Assembly: GCA_963747235.1 (NCBI GenBank)
Contig: CAVVEU010000002.1
Location: 61,523 to 125,522, forward strand
DNA length: 64,000 bases
Source of the DNA: an uncultured Candidatus Rokubacteria bacterium
GTDB lineage: Bacteria; Methylomirabilota; Methylomirabilia; Rokubacteriales; CSP1-6
Direction of reading: 5' to 3'
Part shown: positions 30,340-39,985 of the stretch, piece after piece
Numbering within the stretch: the stretch's first letter is position 1
How the letters are laid out: each line of letters begins with the position of its first letter
Notes under the pieces: generated by a model
The model's input: only the letters and a program-made list of their open reading frames with translations
Told to the model about the DNA's origin: nothing
Databases searched by the model: none
Program-made: the position numbers and the translations under genes

Positions 30340-31812
30340 GTGACCCCCCTGAGCCCGGCCCGGAAGACGCTCCTCCGTCGCGAGATGGAGGCCCTGCTCG
30401 GCCCGGGTGGCGTGCTCTCCGATCCGGAAGAGCTGCTGGTCTACGAGTCCGACGGGCTCACCCTCTTCCGCGCCCTCGCCGACTTCGTGGTGTTCCCGCG
30501 GAGCGCGGAGCAGGTGGCGGCCCTGGTCAAGATCGCCAGCCGGGAGGGCATCCCCTTCGTGGCCCGCGGCGCGGGCACCGGGCTCTCCGGCGGCTGCCTG
30601 CCGTCGGAAGGCGGCCTCGTCATCTCGCTGATGCGGATGAATCGCGTGCTCGAGGTGGACTACGAGAACCAGATCGCGGTGGTGGAGCCGGGGCTGGTGA
30701 ACCTCCACCTCTCGTGGGCGGTGGGGCCGCAGGGCTTCTACTATGCGCCCGATCCCTCGAGCCAGCAGGCCTGCACGATCGGCGGCAACATCGCGAACAA
30801 CTCGGGCGGCCCGCACACGCTCAAGTACGGCGTGACGACCAATCACGTGCTCGGCCTCGAAGTGGTCCTGCCGGACGGCGAGCTGATGTGGCTCGGCGGC
30901 AAGACGCGCGACGCGCAGGGCTACGACCTGGTCGGCCTCTTCGTCGGCTCCGAGGGCACCTTCGGCATCGCGACCAAGATCGTGGTGCGCATCCTCAAGA
31001 AGCCGCAGGCGGTCAAGACCGTGTTGGCCGTCTTCGACCAGGTGGACCAGGCCTCGGCGGCGGTGTCCGCCATCATCGCGCGCGGCCTCGTGCCCGCCGC
31101 GATGGAGATGATCGACCAGCTCACGATCGAGGCGGTGGAGGACGCGTTCGGCTGCGGCTACCCGCGCGACGCGGCGGCCGCCCTCCTGATCGAGCTGGAC
31201 GGCCTCGCGGCCGGCATGGAGGCGCAGGCCGAGCGGGTGGTCCAGGCCTGCCGCGATTGCGGCGCCCGCGACGTGCGCGCCGCGCGCGACGAGGCCGAGC
31301 GCCAGCTCCTCTGGAAGGGCCGCAAGTCCGCCTTCGGCGCGTATGGCCGCATCTCGCCCGCCTACATGGTGATGGACGGCGTGATCCCGCGCACCAAGCT
31401 GCCCTACGTGCTCGGGCGCGTGAACGCGATCGTGGCCGCCCACGGCCTGCGCGTCGGCAACGTGTTCCACGCCGGCGACGGCAATCTGCACCCGAACATC
31501 CTCTACGACCCGCGCAAGCCGGGCGAGGAGGCGCGGGTGGTGGCGGCGGGCGCGGAGATCCTGAAGGTCTGCGCCGAGGTGGGCGGCTCCATCTCGGGCG
31601 AGCACGGCATCGGGCTCGAGAAGGCGGACTACATGCCGTTCATCTTCTCGGAGGCCGATCTCGCGTGCATGCGGCTGGTGAAGGAGGCCTTCAATCCGAC
31701 CGGCCTCTGCAATCCCGGCAAGATCTTCCCCAGCAACAAGGCCTGCGTCGAGGTCGGCCCGGCCTATCGTCCGCATCCGATCGAAGAGAAGGGCCTCGCT
31801 CAGCGCTTCTAG
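30340..31812 (+). CDS. glcD: Glycolate oxidase-type FAD-linked oxidase subunit
   Basis: ARGAGTGLSGG, PDPSSQQACTIGGN, HAGDGNLHP, GEHGIG and NPGK motifs. TGCTATAAT lies 7 nt upstream of the GTG. Confidence 0.88.
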   Translation: MTPLSPARKTLLRREMEALLGPGGVLSDPEELLVYESDGLTLFRALADFVVFPRSAEQVAALVKIASREGIPFVARGAGTGLSGGCLPSEGGLVISLMRMNRVLEVDYENQIAVVEPGLVNLHLSWAVGPQGFYYAPDPSSQQACTIGGNIANNSGGPHTLKYGVTTNHVLGLEVVLPDGELMWLGGKTRDAQGYDLVGLFVGSEGTFGIATKIVVRILKKPQAVKTVLAVFDQVDQASAAVSAIIARGLVPAAMEMIDQLTIEAVEDAFGCGYPRDAAAALLIELDGLAAGMEAQAERVVQACRDCGARDVRAARDEAERQLLWKGRKSAFGAYGRISPAYMVMDGVIPRTKLPYVLGRVNAIVAAHGLRVGNVFHAGDGNLHPNILYDPRKPGEEARVVAAGAEILKVCAEVGGSISGEHGIGLEKADYMPFIFSEADLACMRLVKEAFNPTGLCNPGKIFPSNKACVEVGPAYRPHPIEEKGLAQRF

Positions 31813-31833
31813 CGCGGGAATCCGGAGCTGCCC

Positions 31834-33153
31834 GTGCCGTCAGCCCTGCCGGACAAGCTGCGCAGTATCGTCGGCGCCCCCCATGTGCTCACGGGCGTGG
31901 ACTGCTCGCCGTATCTGGTCGAGGGCCGCACGCCGGACGCGGTGGTCTTCCCGGGCACGAAGGAAGAGGTCGCCGCGGTGCTGGTGGCGGCCGGCGAGGC
32001 GGGCCTGCCGGTCACCCCGTGGGGCGGCGGCACCCGGATGGCGATCGGCTCGCCGCCCAACCGCATCGGGCTCGTGCTGGGGCTCAAGCGGCTCGACCGG
32101 ATCCTCGAGCACGAGCCGGGCGATCTCACGGTCACCGTCGAGGCCGGGCTGCCGTTCGACACCCTGCAGGCCGAGCTGGGCAAGCGCGGGCAGTGGCTCT
32201 CGCTCGACGCGGGCGCGTCCAACCGGTCCACCGTGGGCGGCATGCTCGCCAGCGACGCCTCGGGCCCGCGCCGGCACCTCTACGGCACCGCGCGCGATCT
32301 GGTGATCGGGCTCACCGTGGTGATGGCCGACGGCAGCCTCGTGCACGGCGGCGGCAAGGTGGTCAAGAACGTGGCCGGGTACGATCTGCCGAAGCTCTAC
32401 ATCGGCTCCTTCGGCACGCTCGGCGTGCTGGTGGAGGCGACGCTGAAGCTCCGGCCGCGCGTGGACGTGGACCGGCTGGTGGTCGCGCGCTTCGATCGGC
32501 TCAAGGCCGCGGGCGCGGCCGCGCGCGCGGTGCTGGGCTCCGACCTCATTCCGTCCGCGCTCGAGCTCGCCGACGGGGAGGCGCTGCGGCGCCTCGGGCT
32601 GGGCGGCGGCGCCGCGCTCCTGGTCGGCCTCGACGGCATCGCGGAGCAGGTGGAGTGGGAAGTGGCCGAGCTCTCGCGCCTGCTCGGCCCGATCGGCCTC
32701 GGGGAGACCACCGTGCTCGACGGCGCCGCGCGGGATGACGCCTGGCGCGGGCTGGCCGGCCTCGGGCGTCCGGGCCACGAGCGGGTCGCGGCGGTGATGA
32801 AGTGGGCGGTGCTGCCCACCCAGGTCGCCGAGCTGATGGAAGCGGGCGCGGCGGCCGCGCAGCGCAATGGCCTCGTGGGCGCGCTCACCGCGCACGCCGG
32901 CGTCGGCATCGTCACCGCGGTGCTGGCGGGCGGCACCAATCCGAACGCGGTGGTGTCCACGCTCACCGAGTGGCGCGCCCTGGTCAACCGCGTGGACGGG
33001 CACGCGATGATCGAGTGGGCCCCGCTCGCGGTGAAGGAACGGGTGGCGGTCTGGGACGCCGCGGGGCCCACGCTGCGCTTGATGAAGGGCATCAAGGAGC
33101 GCCTCGATCCGCGCGGCATCCTGAACCCGGGTCGCTTCGTGGGAGACATCTGA
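31834..33153 (+). CDS. glcE: Glycolate oxidase FAD-binding subunit
   Basis: HEPGDLTVTV, GGKVVKNVAGYDL, GSFGTLG and DPRGILNPGR motifs. Confidence 0.85.
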   Translation: MPSALPDKLRSIVGAPHVLTGVDCSPYLVEGRTPDAVVFPGTKEEVAAVLVAAGEAGLPVTPWGGGTRMAIGSPPNRIGLVLGLKRLDRILEHEPGDLTVTVEAGLPFDTLQAELGKRGQWLSLDAGASNRSTVGGMLASDASGPRRHLYGTARDLVIGLTVVMADGSLVHGGGKVVKNVAGYDLPKLYIGSFGTLGVLVEATLKLRPRVDVDRLVVARFDRLKAAGAAARAVLGSDLIPSALELADGEALRRLGLGGGAALLVGLDGIAEQVEWEVAELSRLLGPIGLGETTVLDGAARDDAWRGLAGLGRPGHERVAAVMKWAVLPTQVAELMEAGAAAAQRNGLVGALTAHAGVGIVTAVLAGGTNPNAVVSTLTEWRALVNRVDGHAMIEWAPLAVKERVAVWDAAGPTLRLMKGIKERLDPRGILNPGRFVGDI

Positions 33154-33157
33154 GCCG

Positions 33158-34504
33158 ATGGCACACCCGCCCGTGACCGAGACGAAGCCGTCGCAGCCCC
33201 TCACCCTGCACGGGCTCCCCGTGGACGGGGTGGACCGCTGCGTGCACTGCGGGCTCTGCCTCGCCTACTGCCCGACCTTTTCCGAGCTCGGCACCGAGAT
33301 GGACTCACCGCGCGGCCGCATCATGCTGATCAAGTCGCTCGCCGAGGGGCGCATCAACTTGACCGACTCCACGGTCGCGCATCTCGATCTCTGCCTGGGC
33401 TGCCGCGCGTGCGAGACGGTCTGCCCGTCCGGCGTGCCGTACGGCCAGCTCATCGAGGCCGCGCGCGCCGAGATCGAGCGGCAGCGGCCCGGTGGCCTCC
33501 TGCGCCGGGCGTTCCGCTGGGTCAACTTCTCGCTGCTGCTGCCGAACCCGGCGCTCCTGCGCCTGGCCGCCACCGGGCTCCGCTTCTACCAGGTCAGCGG
33601 CCTGCGGCGATTGGTGCGCACCTCCGGGCTGCTGCGGTTCCTGCCCGAGCCGCTGCGCCACTGGGAGCCCTTGCTGCCGGATCTGCCGTCGGGCGCCGAT
33701 CGCGCGCCCCTGGCCGAGGTGACGCCGGCCACCGGCGTGCGCCGGGTCCGCGTGGGGCTGCTCACCGGGTGCATCCAGCAGGTGGCCTTCGGCCCGCAGA
33801 ATCAGGCGACCGCCCGCGTGCTCGCCCGGAATGGCGCCGAGGTGGTCGCGCCGCGGACGCAGGCCTGCTGTGGCGCGCTCCACGCCCACGCGGGGGAGCA
33901 CGAGACCGCGCTGGCCCTGGCGCGGCGCACCATCGAGACCTTCGAGGCCGCGGGCGTGGAGCACGTCATCGTGAACACGTCCGGCTGCGGCGCGCACATG
34001 AAGGCCTACGGCACGCTGCTGGCGGGCGATCCGGCCTGGCGCGGGCGCGCCGAGCGCTTCGCGGCGAGCGTGCGCGACGTCTCCGAGTTCCTGGCCGCCG
34101 AGCCGCTGCGCGGGCCGCTGCGCGAGGTGAAGCGGACCGTCACGTATCACGATCCGTGTCACGTGGCGCACGGGCAGAAGATCCGCGCGCAGCCGCGCGC
34201 GCTGCTCGGGCAGATCCCGGGGTTACGGATAGTCGAGCTCCCGGAAGCCGACTGGTGCTGCGGCTCCGCCGGCACCTACAACCTGACCCAGCCGGAGATG
34301 GCCACGCGGCTGCAGGCGCGGAAGATCGCGCACGTGCGGGCCACCGGCGCCGACGCGGTGGTGACCGCCAACCCGGGCTGCATCATCCAGATCGTCCAGG
34401 GGCTGCGCGCGAAGGGCTCGCCGATCCAGGTGCTCCACATCGTGGAGCTCCTCGATCAGGCCTACCGTGGACACCCTCGCCCGAAGGGGGAGAGGGCAGG
34501 GTGA
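33158..34504 (+). CDS. glcF: Glycolate oxidase iron-sulfur subunit
   Basis: CVHCGLCLAYCP and CLGCRACETVCP ferredoxin motifs, two CCG domains, YHDPCH and ANPGC. Confidence 0.87.
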   Translation: MAHPPVTETKPSQPLTLHGLPVDGVDRCVHCGLCLAYCPTFSELGTEMDSPRGRIMLIKSLAEGRINLTDSTVAHLDLCLGCRACETVCPSGVPYGQLIEAARAEIERQRPGGLLRRAFRWVNFSLLLPNPALLRLAATGLRFYQVSGLRRLVRTSGLLRFLPEPLRHWEPLLPDLPSGADRAPLAEVTPATGVRRVRVGLLTGCIQQVAFGPQNQATARVLARNGAEVVAPRTQACCGALHAHAGEHETALALARRTIETFEAAGVEHVIVNTSGCGAHMKAYGTLLAGDPAWRGRAERFAASVRDVSEFLAAEPLRGPLREVKRTVTYHDPCHVAHGQKIRAQPRALLGQIPGLRIVELPEADWCCGSAGTYNLTQPEMATRLQARKIAHVRATGADAVVTANPGCIIQIVQGLRAKGSPIQVLHIVELLDQAYRGHPRPKGERAG

Positions 34505-34507
34505 GGG
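34474..34507 (+). repeat. REP-like G-rich repeat, copy 3 (supplies the glcF stop codon)
   Basis: CCCTCGCCCGAAGGGGGAGAGGGCAGGGTGAGGG. Confidence 0.75.
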
Positions 34508-34514
34508 AACATTC

Positions 34515-34823
34515 GTGGCCCGCGTGAAGGTCCTGGCCCTGTCGGAGCTGCCGCCGAGCAAGGGCGTGCTCGTCAGCGTGAACGGCCACAACGTGGGCGT
34601 CTACCGGCGCGGCGAGGAGGTCCTGGCCATCGGCGACGACTGCCCCCATCAGGGCGGCAGCCTCTGCGACGGCTGGGTCGAGGGCGAGATCGTGATCTGC
34701 CCGCTCCACGGCTGGGAGTTCGACATGCGCACCGGCGCCTGCATGACGGTGCCGGGCGAGAGCGTCCCGCGCTACACCGCCACCGTCGAGGACGGCACGA
34801 TCTACCTGGAGGAAGCCGAGTGA
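34515..34823 (+). CDS. Rieske [2Fe-2S] ferredoxin
   Basis: CPHQGGSL...ICPLHGWEFD Rieske ligand motifs. Confidence 0.9.
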   Translation: MARVKVLALSELPPSKGVLVSVNGHNVGVYRRGEEVLAIGDDCPHQGGSLCDGWVEGEIVICPLHGWEFDMRTGACMTVPGESVPRYTATVEDGTIYLEEAE

Positions 34824-35350
34824 GCCGGCCCGACGCGCCGCCGCCGACGCAGTCCCGAGACACAAGGCGAGCGCGCCGCGCTCCATCGGCTGCTTCGTGC
34901 TCACGATCTCGGACTCGAAGACGCCGGACACCGACACGAGCGGCGCCCTGATCCGCGAGCTGCTCGACCCGGGCCGGGCACACCGTGGCCGGCCACGCCA
35001 TCGTGCGCGACGAGCCGACGCAGGTCACCGCGGTGATCCGGACCGGCTGCGACGATCCGGCCATCGAGGCCTTCATCCTCACCGGCGGCACCGGGGTCAC
35101 CTCGCGCGACTCCACCTTCGAGGCGGTCGAGGCGCTGCTGGACAAGCGCCTCACCGGCTTCGGGGAGCTCTTCCGCATGCTCTCGTACCAGGAGGTCGGC
35201 GCCGCCGCCATGCTCTCGCGCGCCCAGGGCGGGGTCGTGCGGGGCCGGGCGCTCTTCTCGCTGCCCGGCTCGCCCAATGCCTGCCGGCTCGCGCTCGAGA
35301 AGCTGATCATCCCCGAGCTCGGCCACGTCCTCCGCGAGGTGCGGCGGTAG
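34820..35350 (+). CDS. moaB: Molybdenum cofactor biosynthesis protein MoaB/MogA family (frameshifts)
   Basis: VLTISDSK..DTSG in one frame. TGGTGVTSRD, GFGELFR, LSRA and LPGSP in another. Confidence 0.8.
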
Positions 35351-35424
35351 GCGCAGCGCGGATTCAGTAAGGCGCTATAATCGAGTTCGGTCCCCGAGCA
35401 CCACCCATTCCAGGAGGCTTGCAG

Positions 35425-36561
35425 ATGCGTCGTTCAGCCCTCTCCCTCGCCCTCGCGTTATCCCTCGTGGTGCCCACGGTGGCCGCCGCCCAGGCCCGGC
35501 CCGCGGAGCCGCTGTGGAAGGAGAGCCAGGGGGCCGTGGCGCCGCCCGACATCGCCCGCCTGAACGACTTCATGCACGACCTGACCGAGCGCCTCAAGGC
35601 GCCGCTGGTGCAGATCCGCGTGCGCCGGGTGGCCGAGGCGCAGGAGGGGCAGGAGCAGCAGCCCAATGCCCCGGACGAGCGGCGGAGCCAGGGCTCGGGC
35701 TTCATCATCCGTGAGGACGGCTACCTGGTCACGAACGCGCACGTGGTGGGCGACGCCGAGCGCATCCAGGTCCGCCTGATCGACGGGCGGCGGTTCGAGG
35801 GCAAGGTGGTGGGCCTGGACGAGCGCGTGGACCTGGCGCTGGTCAAGATCGACGCCAAGGGCCTGCCGGTCGCCCCGCTCGGCGATTCCAACCGCACCCG
35901 CGTCGGCGAGTTCGTGCTGGCGCTGGGGCATCCCTTCGGGCTCGAGCAGACGGTGTCCTTCGGCATCGTGAGCCGCAAGGGCGCCCCGATCCAGGTGGCC
36001 GCGCCCGGCTTCGAGTTCATCCAGACGGACGCCGCGGTGAACCCGGGCAACTCGGGCGGGCCGCTCGTCAACATGGCGGGCGAGGTGGTGGGCGTCAACA
36101 GCATGGCCGCCGTCAACGGCACCATCGGCTTCGCCATCCCGGTGAACCTGGTGAAAGCGCTGCTGCCCCAGCTCGCCGAGAAGGGCAAGGTCGAGTGGGG
36201 GTGGCTGGGCGTCAGCATCGCCGAGGTGCCGGACGAGGAAGCCGCCAAGTTCGGCCTGAAGGAGGCCAAGGGCGTGCTGATCCGCCAGGTGGTGGCCGGC
36301 CAGCCGGCCGACCAGGGTGGGATCCGGGCCAATGACGTCGTCGTGTCCGTGGACGGGACGGCGGTCGAAGGGCCGCGCGATCTCCAGCGGATCATCTCGA
36401 GCACGCCGGTGGGCCAGAGCGTCAAGATCTCGCTCATGCGCGAGGGCAAGGAGCAGCAGGTCGCGGTGACAGTGGGGGCCTACCAGGCCGCGCCGCGCGT
36501 CCCGCGCCGCGTCGTGCCCGCGCCCGGTCCGCGCCAGCCGTCGCCCCAGCCTCCTCGCTGA
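35425..36561 (+). CDS. HtrA/DegP-family serine protease with one PDZ domain
   Basis: Signal peptide, GSGFII, TNAHVV, DLAL, IQTDAAVNPGNSGGPL and a PDZ domain. AGGAGG RBS and TATAAT at 35376. Confidence 0.92.
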   Translation: MRRSALSLALALSLVVPTVAAAQARPAEPLWKESQGAVAPPDIARLNDFMHDLTERLKAPLVQIRVRRVAEAQEGQEQQPNAPDERRSQGSGFIIREDGYLVTNAHVVGDAERIQVRLIDGRRFEGKVVGLDERVDLALVKIDAKGLPVAPLGDSNRTRVGEFVLALGHPFGLEQTVSFGIVSRKGAPIQVAAPGFEFIQTDAAVNPGNSGGPLVNMAGEVVGVNSMAAVNGTIGFAIPVNLVKALLPQLAEKGKVEWGWLGVSIAEVPDEEAAKFGLKEAKGVLIRQVVAGQPADQGGIRANDVVVSVDGTAVEGPRDLQRIISSTPVGQSVKISLMREGKEQQVAVTVGAYQAAPRVPRRVVPAPGPRQPSPQPPR

Positions 36562-36566
36562 GGACG

Positions 36567-38627
36567 GTGGGCCGCGTCGGACGTCTCGCCGGCAGCCTCG
36601 CGCTCGGGCTCTCACTCGCGAGCGCGGCCGGCGGGCTCCACGCCACCCCGGCGGCCGCCGCCGAGGTGCAGGCGCTCTTCCCGTCGGACCGGCAGACCGT
36701 GCCCGATCCGCGGCAGTCCACCGGGCGCCGCGTGGCGCTCGCGCTGCCCGATTGCGGCGTCGACGCCGCGGGCTGCGACGAGATCCGCCTCGTCAACGAG
36801 CTGGACGGGTGGAGCGTCAACCCGCGCGTGGCGATCCGCTTCTCCGGCCCCGTCGCGCTCGACAGCGTCACGAAGGCCAGCGCCTTCATCCTCCCCCTCG
36901 CGCCCGAGCCGCTGGCCTCGCCGATCGGGCTCGGCCAGCTCGTCTGGGACGGGGCGAGCCACACGCTCTACGCCCGCCCCGAGCGCGCCCTGCTCCAGGC
37001 GCGCCGCTACGCGCTGGTCCTCACCACGCGGGTCCTGGACGATGGCGGGCAGCCGCTCGCGCCGGTGCTGAACGCGCCGATCGTGGCCGAGGCCGCCTAC
37101 GGGATCTCGGCCCAGGGCGTCGTCTTCCAGCGGCTGAAGACGCTCGGCATCGCGAAACGCGAGGTCGCCGCCGTCACCGTCTTCACGACCCAGAGCGTGA
37201 CGACAGGGCTCGAGCAGATGCGCGCGGTGCTCGACGCCGCCCCCGCGCCCGAGCTGCGCTTCGCCCTGGGCCCGGGCGGTGCCCGGTCGGCCTACGCGCG
37301 GGTGGAGCTGGACGGCCTCGAGCTGCGCCGGCACGTGGCCACCGATCCGGCCGCGCGCCTGGATGAGCCGGTCAAGCTGCCGCTGGTGCTGGTCCCGCCC
37401 ACCGACATCCGCACGATCGCGTTCGGGCGGTTCAGCGCCAGGTCGTTCCTCACCGCGGACCGCGTCATCCCCGCGACCGCGACCCGGGACGAGGCGCCCG
37501 TGGTCCAGGGCCGCGAGGACGTGGACGTCACGATCTATCTGCCGAGCGGCACCACGCCCACCGGCGGCTGGCCGGTGGCGATCTTCGGCCACGGCTTCGG
37601 CAATGATCGCCAATTCGTCCCGATGACGGTGGCCGGCACCATGGCGCGCTTCGGTTACGCCACCGCGGCCATCAACGTGGTGGGCCACGGCGGCGGGCCC
37701 GAGGGCACGCTCACCGTGCTCCGCACCGGCCAGGATCCGGTCACGCTGCCCGCGGGCGGGCGCGGCGTGGATCTGGACGGCGACGGCCGGATCGGCACGA
37801 CGGAGGGCGTCGGGACCCGCGCGGGCACGCCGCTCGCGCTGATCAGCAGCCGCGACGGCCTGCGCCAGACCACCGCGGACCTGATGCAGCTCGTCCGCGC
37901 CATCCGCCGCGGCGTGGACGTGGACGGCGACGGCCACGTGGATCTGGACCGCGAGCGCATCGTCTACTTCGGGCAGTCCTTCGGCGGCATCTACGGGACG
38001 CTCCTGATGGCGGTGGACCCGCTGGTGCGCGTGGGCGTGCTCAACGTGGCGGGCGGGCCCATCGTGGAGATCGCGCGCCAGTCTCCGGTCTTCCGCGGGC
38101 TCGTGGCGGACCAGCTCAAGCGCCGGCAGCCCCCGCTGATGAACGGCGAGCAGGACTTCGCCGAGGCGATCCCGCTTCCGGGCGAGGCGCCGGTGCGCGA
38201 GCCGGCCGCGGGCGCGCTCGACATCCAGGCCTACTTCGACCGCGCGGAGTGGCTCGGCCAGCCCGCGAATCCGGTCGCGTTCGCGCCGTATCTGAAGCAG
38301 GCGCCGCTGCCGGGCGGCAGCGTGAAGGCGGTGCTCTACCAGTGGGCGGTGGGCGATCGCACGGTGCCCAATCCGACGACCGCGGCGCTCCTGCGCGCGG
38401 GCGTGCTGCAGCCGGTGTCCTCGCTCTACCGGCACGACCCGGCGGGCGTCTCGGAGCGCTTCAAGAATCCGCACGGGTTCCTCGTCTGGACCGCGTTCCC
38501 CGAGGTCTACGCCATCGGACGGGCCGCGCAGGAGCAGGTCGCGCGCTTCTTCGTCTCCGGCGGGCGACAGATCGAGTCGGTGCTGCCGCAGTTCGAGATC
38601 GGCGCCGCGCCGCCGACGGGGCCCTGA
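36567..38627 (+). CDS. Secreted Ig-like domain plus alpha/beta hydrolase (lipase-like) protein
   Basis: Signal peptide, FGHGFG oxyanion motif, GQSFGG nucleophile elbow, GDRTVPN, PHGF and two DxDGDG motifs. Confidence 0.65.
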   Translation: MGRVGRLAGSLALGLSLASAAGGLHATPAAAAEVQALFPSDRQTVPDPRQSTGRRVALALPDCGVDAAGCDEIRLVNELDGWSVNPRVAIRFSGPVALDSVTKASAFILPLAPEPLASPIGLGQLVWDGASHTLYARPERALLQARRYALVLTTRVLDDGGQPLAPVLNAPIVAEAAYGISAQGVVFQRLKTLGIAKREVAAVTVFTTQSVTTGLEQMRAVLDAAPAPELRFALGPGGARSAYARVELDGLELRRHVATDPAARLDEPVKLPLVLVPPTDIRTIAFGRFSARSFLTADRVIPATATRDEAPVVQGREDVDVTIYLPSGTTPTGGWPVAIFGHGFGNDRQFVPMTVAGTMARFGYATAAINVVGHGGGPEGTLTVLRTGQDPVTLPAGGRGVDLDGDGRIGTTEGVGTRAGTPLALISSRDGLRQTTADLMQLVRAIRRGVDVDGDGHVDLDRERIVYFGQSFGGIYGTLLMAVDPLVRVGVLNVAGGPIVEIARQSPVFRGLVADQLKRRQPPLMNGEQDFAEAIPLPGEAPVREPAAGALDIQAYFDRAEWLGQPANPVAFAPYLKQAPLPGGSVKAVLYQWAVGDRTVPNPTTAALLRAGVLQPVSSLYRHDPAGVSERFKNPHGFLVWTAFPEVYAIGRAAQEQVARFFVSGGRQIESVLPQFEIGAAPPTGP

Positions 38628-38629
38628 CC

Positions 38630-39452
38630 GTGGACGCCGTTCTCCTCGGCACCGGCTCGCCCCCGCCCAATCCCAGGCGGCGTGGCCCGTCCACGCTGCT
38701 GTCGCTGGGCGCGGAGCGCTTCCTGGTGGACGCGGGCTCCGGCGTGGGCGTCCAGCTCGTGCAGGCGGGCGTGCGACCCTACGACTGGCCGCGCGTGTTC
38801 ATCACCCATCACCACTCCGACCACGTGATCGACCTGGGCCACCTGCTGATCACGCGCTGGATCGTGGGGCAGAACGCCCCGCTCGAGATCTGGGGCCCGG
38901 CGGGCACGAAGCGCCAGCTGGACAAGCTGCTGGACTACATGGACTGGGACATCGAGGTGCGGCGCCATCACATGGTGGAGCGCAAGCCACCCGCGGTGAC
39001 GGTGACCGAGATCGAGGAAGGGCAGATCATGCAGGCGGGCGGGGTGACCGTGAGCGCCTTCCTGGTCGAGCACGATCCGGTGAAGCCCGCCTTCGGCTAT
39101 CGCTTCGACGGCGGCGGCCGCAGCGTGGTCATCTCGGGCGACACGCGCCCCTGCGACAACCTGATGCGCTGGAGCCGGGACGTGGACTGCCTCATCCACG
39201 AGTGCTGCGAGATGGCCAAGACCTCGTGGTATCCAGACTGCGGCTGGCCCACGCCTGGAAGACAAGATCCGCGACCTGGCCTCCTACCACACGCAGCCGG
39301 ACGATCTCGGGCGTGTGGCCGCGGGCGCGCGGGCCAAGAAGCTCGCGGTGACCCATCTCATGCCCGGCTCCGAGCCGGCCGAGCTCGAGGCCGCGGCCCG
39401 CCGCCACTACGCGGGCCCCCTCGTCATCGGCACCGACCTGCTCTCGGTCTAG
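38630..39452 (+). CDS. MBL-fold metallo-hydrolase, RNase Z/AtsA-like (frameshift near 39255)
   Basis: LLGTGSP, VDAG, THHHSDH, VEH, ISGDT and IHE motifs. YHT...VTHL in a second frame. Confidence 0.82.
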
Positions 39453-39459
39453 TCTTCGA

Positions 39460-39498
39460 CCTCTCGCCCCCGAAGGGGGAGAGGGCAGGGTGAGGGGG
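39460..39498 (+). repeat. REP-like G-rich repeat, copy 4 (between convergent genes)
   Basis: CCTCTCGCCCCCGAAGGGGGAGAGGGCAGGGTGAGGGGG. Confidence 0.75.
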
Positions 39499-39502
39499 CG
39501 GG

Positions 39503-39978
39503 CTAGCCTTCTCGCAGCGCGGCCAACACGGCCTTCACCCACGCCTCCTCGAGCGACGGCGTGGGCGCATACGTGATCCCGCCCGTGATCCGCACGTCGC
39601 CTTCCTCCGCGGTGGGCGCGTCCTCCAGCACGTCCTCGACCACCAGGCTGAAGCGCGCGAGCTCCCCGAAGCGACGCGGCGCGCCCGATCGCCCGGCACT
39701 TGATATAGATCGTGAGCGCCGGGCTCGACCAGCAGCAGCGTGCCGACGCCGCGCTCCTCCAGATTCCGCGCGCTGCGGCTCCGCGCGGCGATGGCCAGGC
39801 GAAGCGTCCGGGCGTCCACCGCCAGCCACTCGAGGTAGCTGCACAGCATCGGGTGCAGCGTGCCGTCGGCGGCGAGGGTGAGGAACGGCAGGCCGCGCCC
39901 GAGCCGCGAGGGCAGGTCCGTCTGGGAGAAGCGCGTGACCAGCTCCGGCGGCAGCGCGGAGCCGAGCGATCGGCTCAT
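39503..39978 (-). CDS. Pyridoxamine 5'-phosphate oxidase-like FMN-binding protein (frameshifted)
   Basis: FLTLAADGTLHPMLCSY...SRSARNLEERG..LLLV, with C-terminus VEDVLEDAP...ITGGITY in another frame. Confidence 0.65.
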
Positions 39979-39985
39979 CGTCGCG

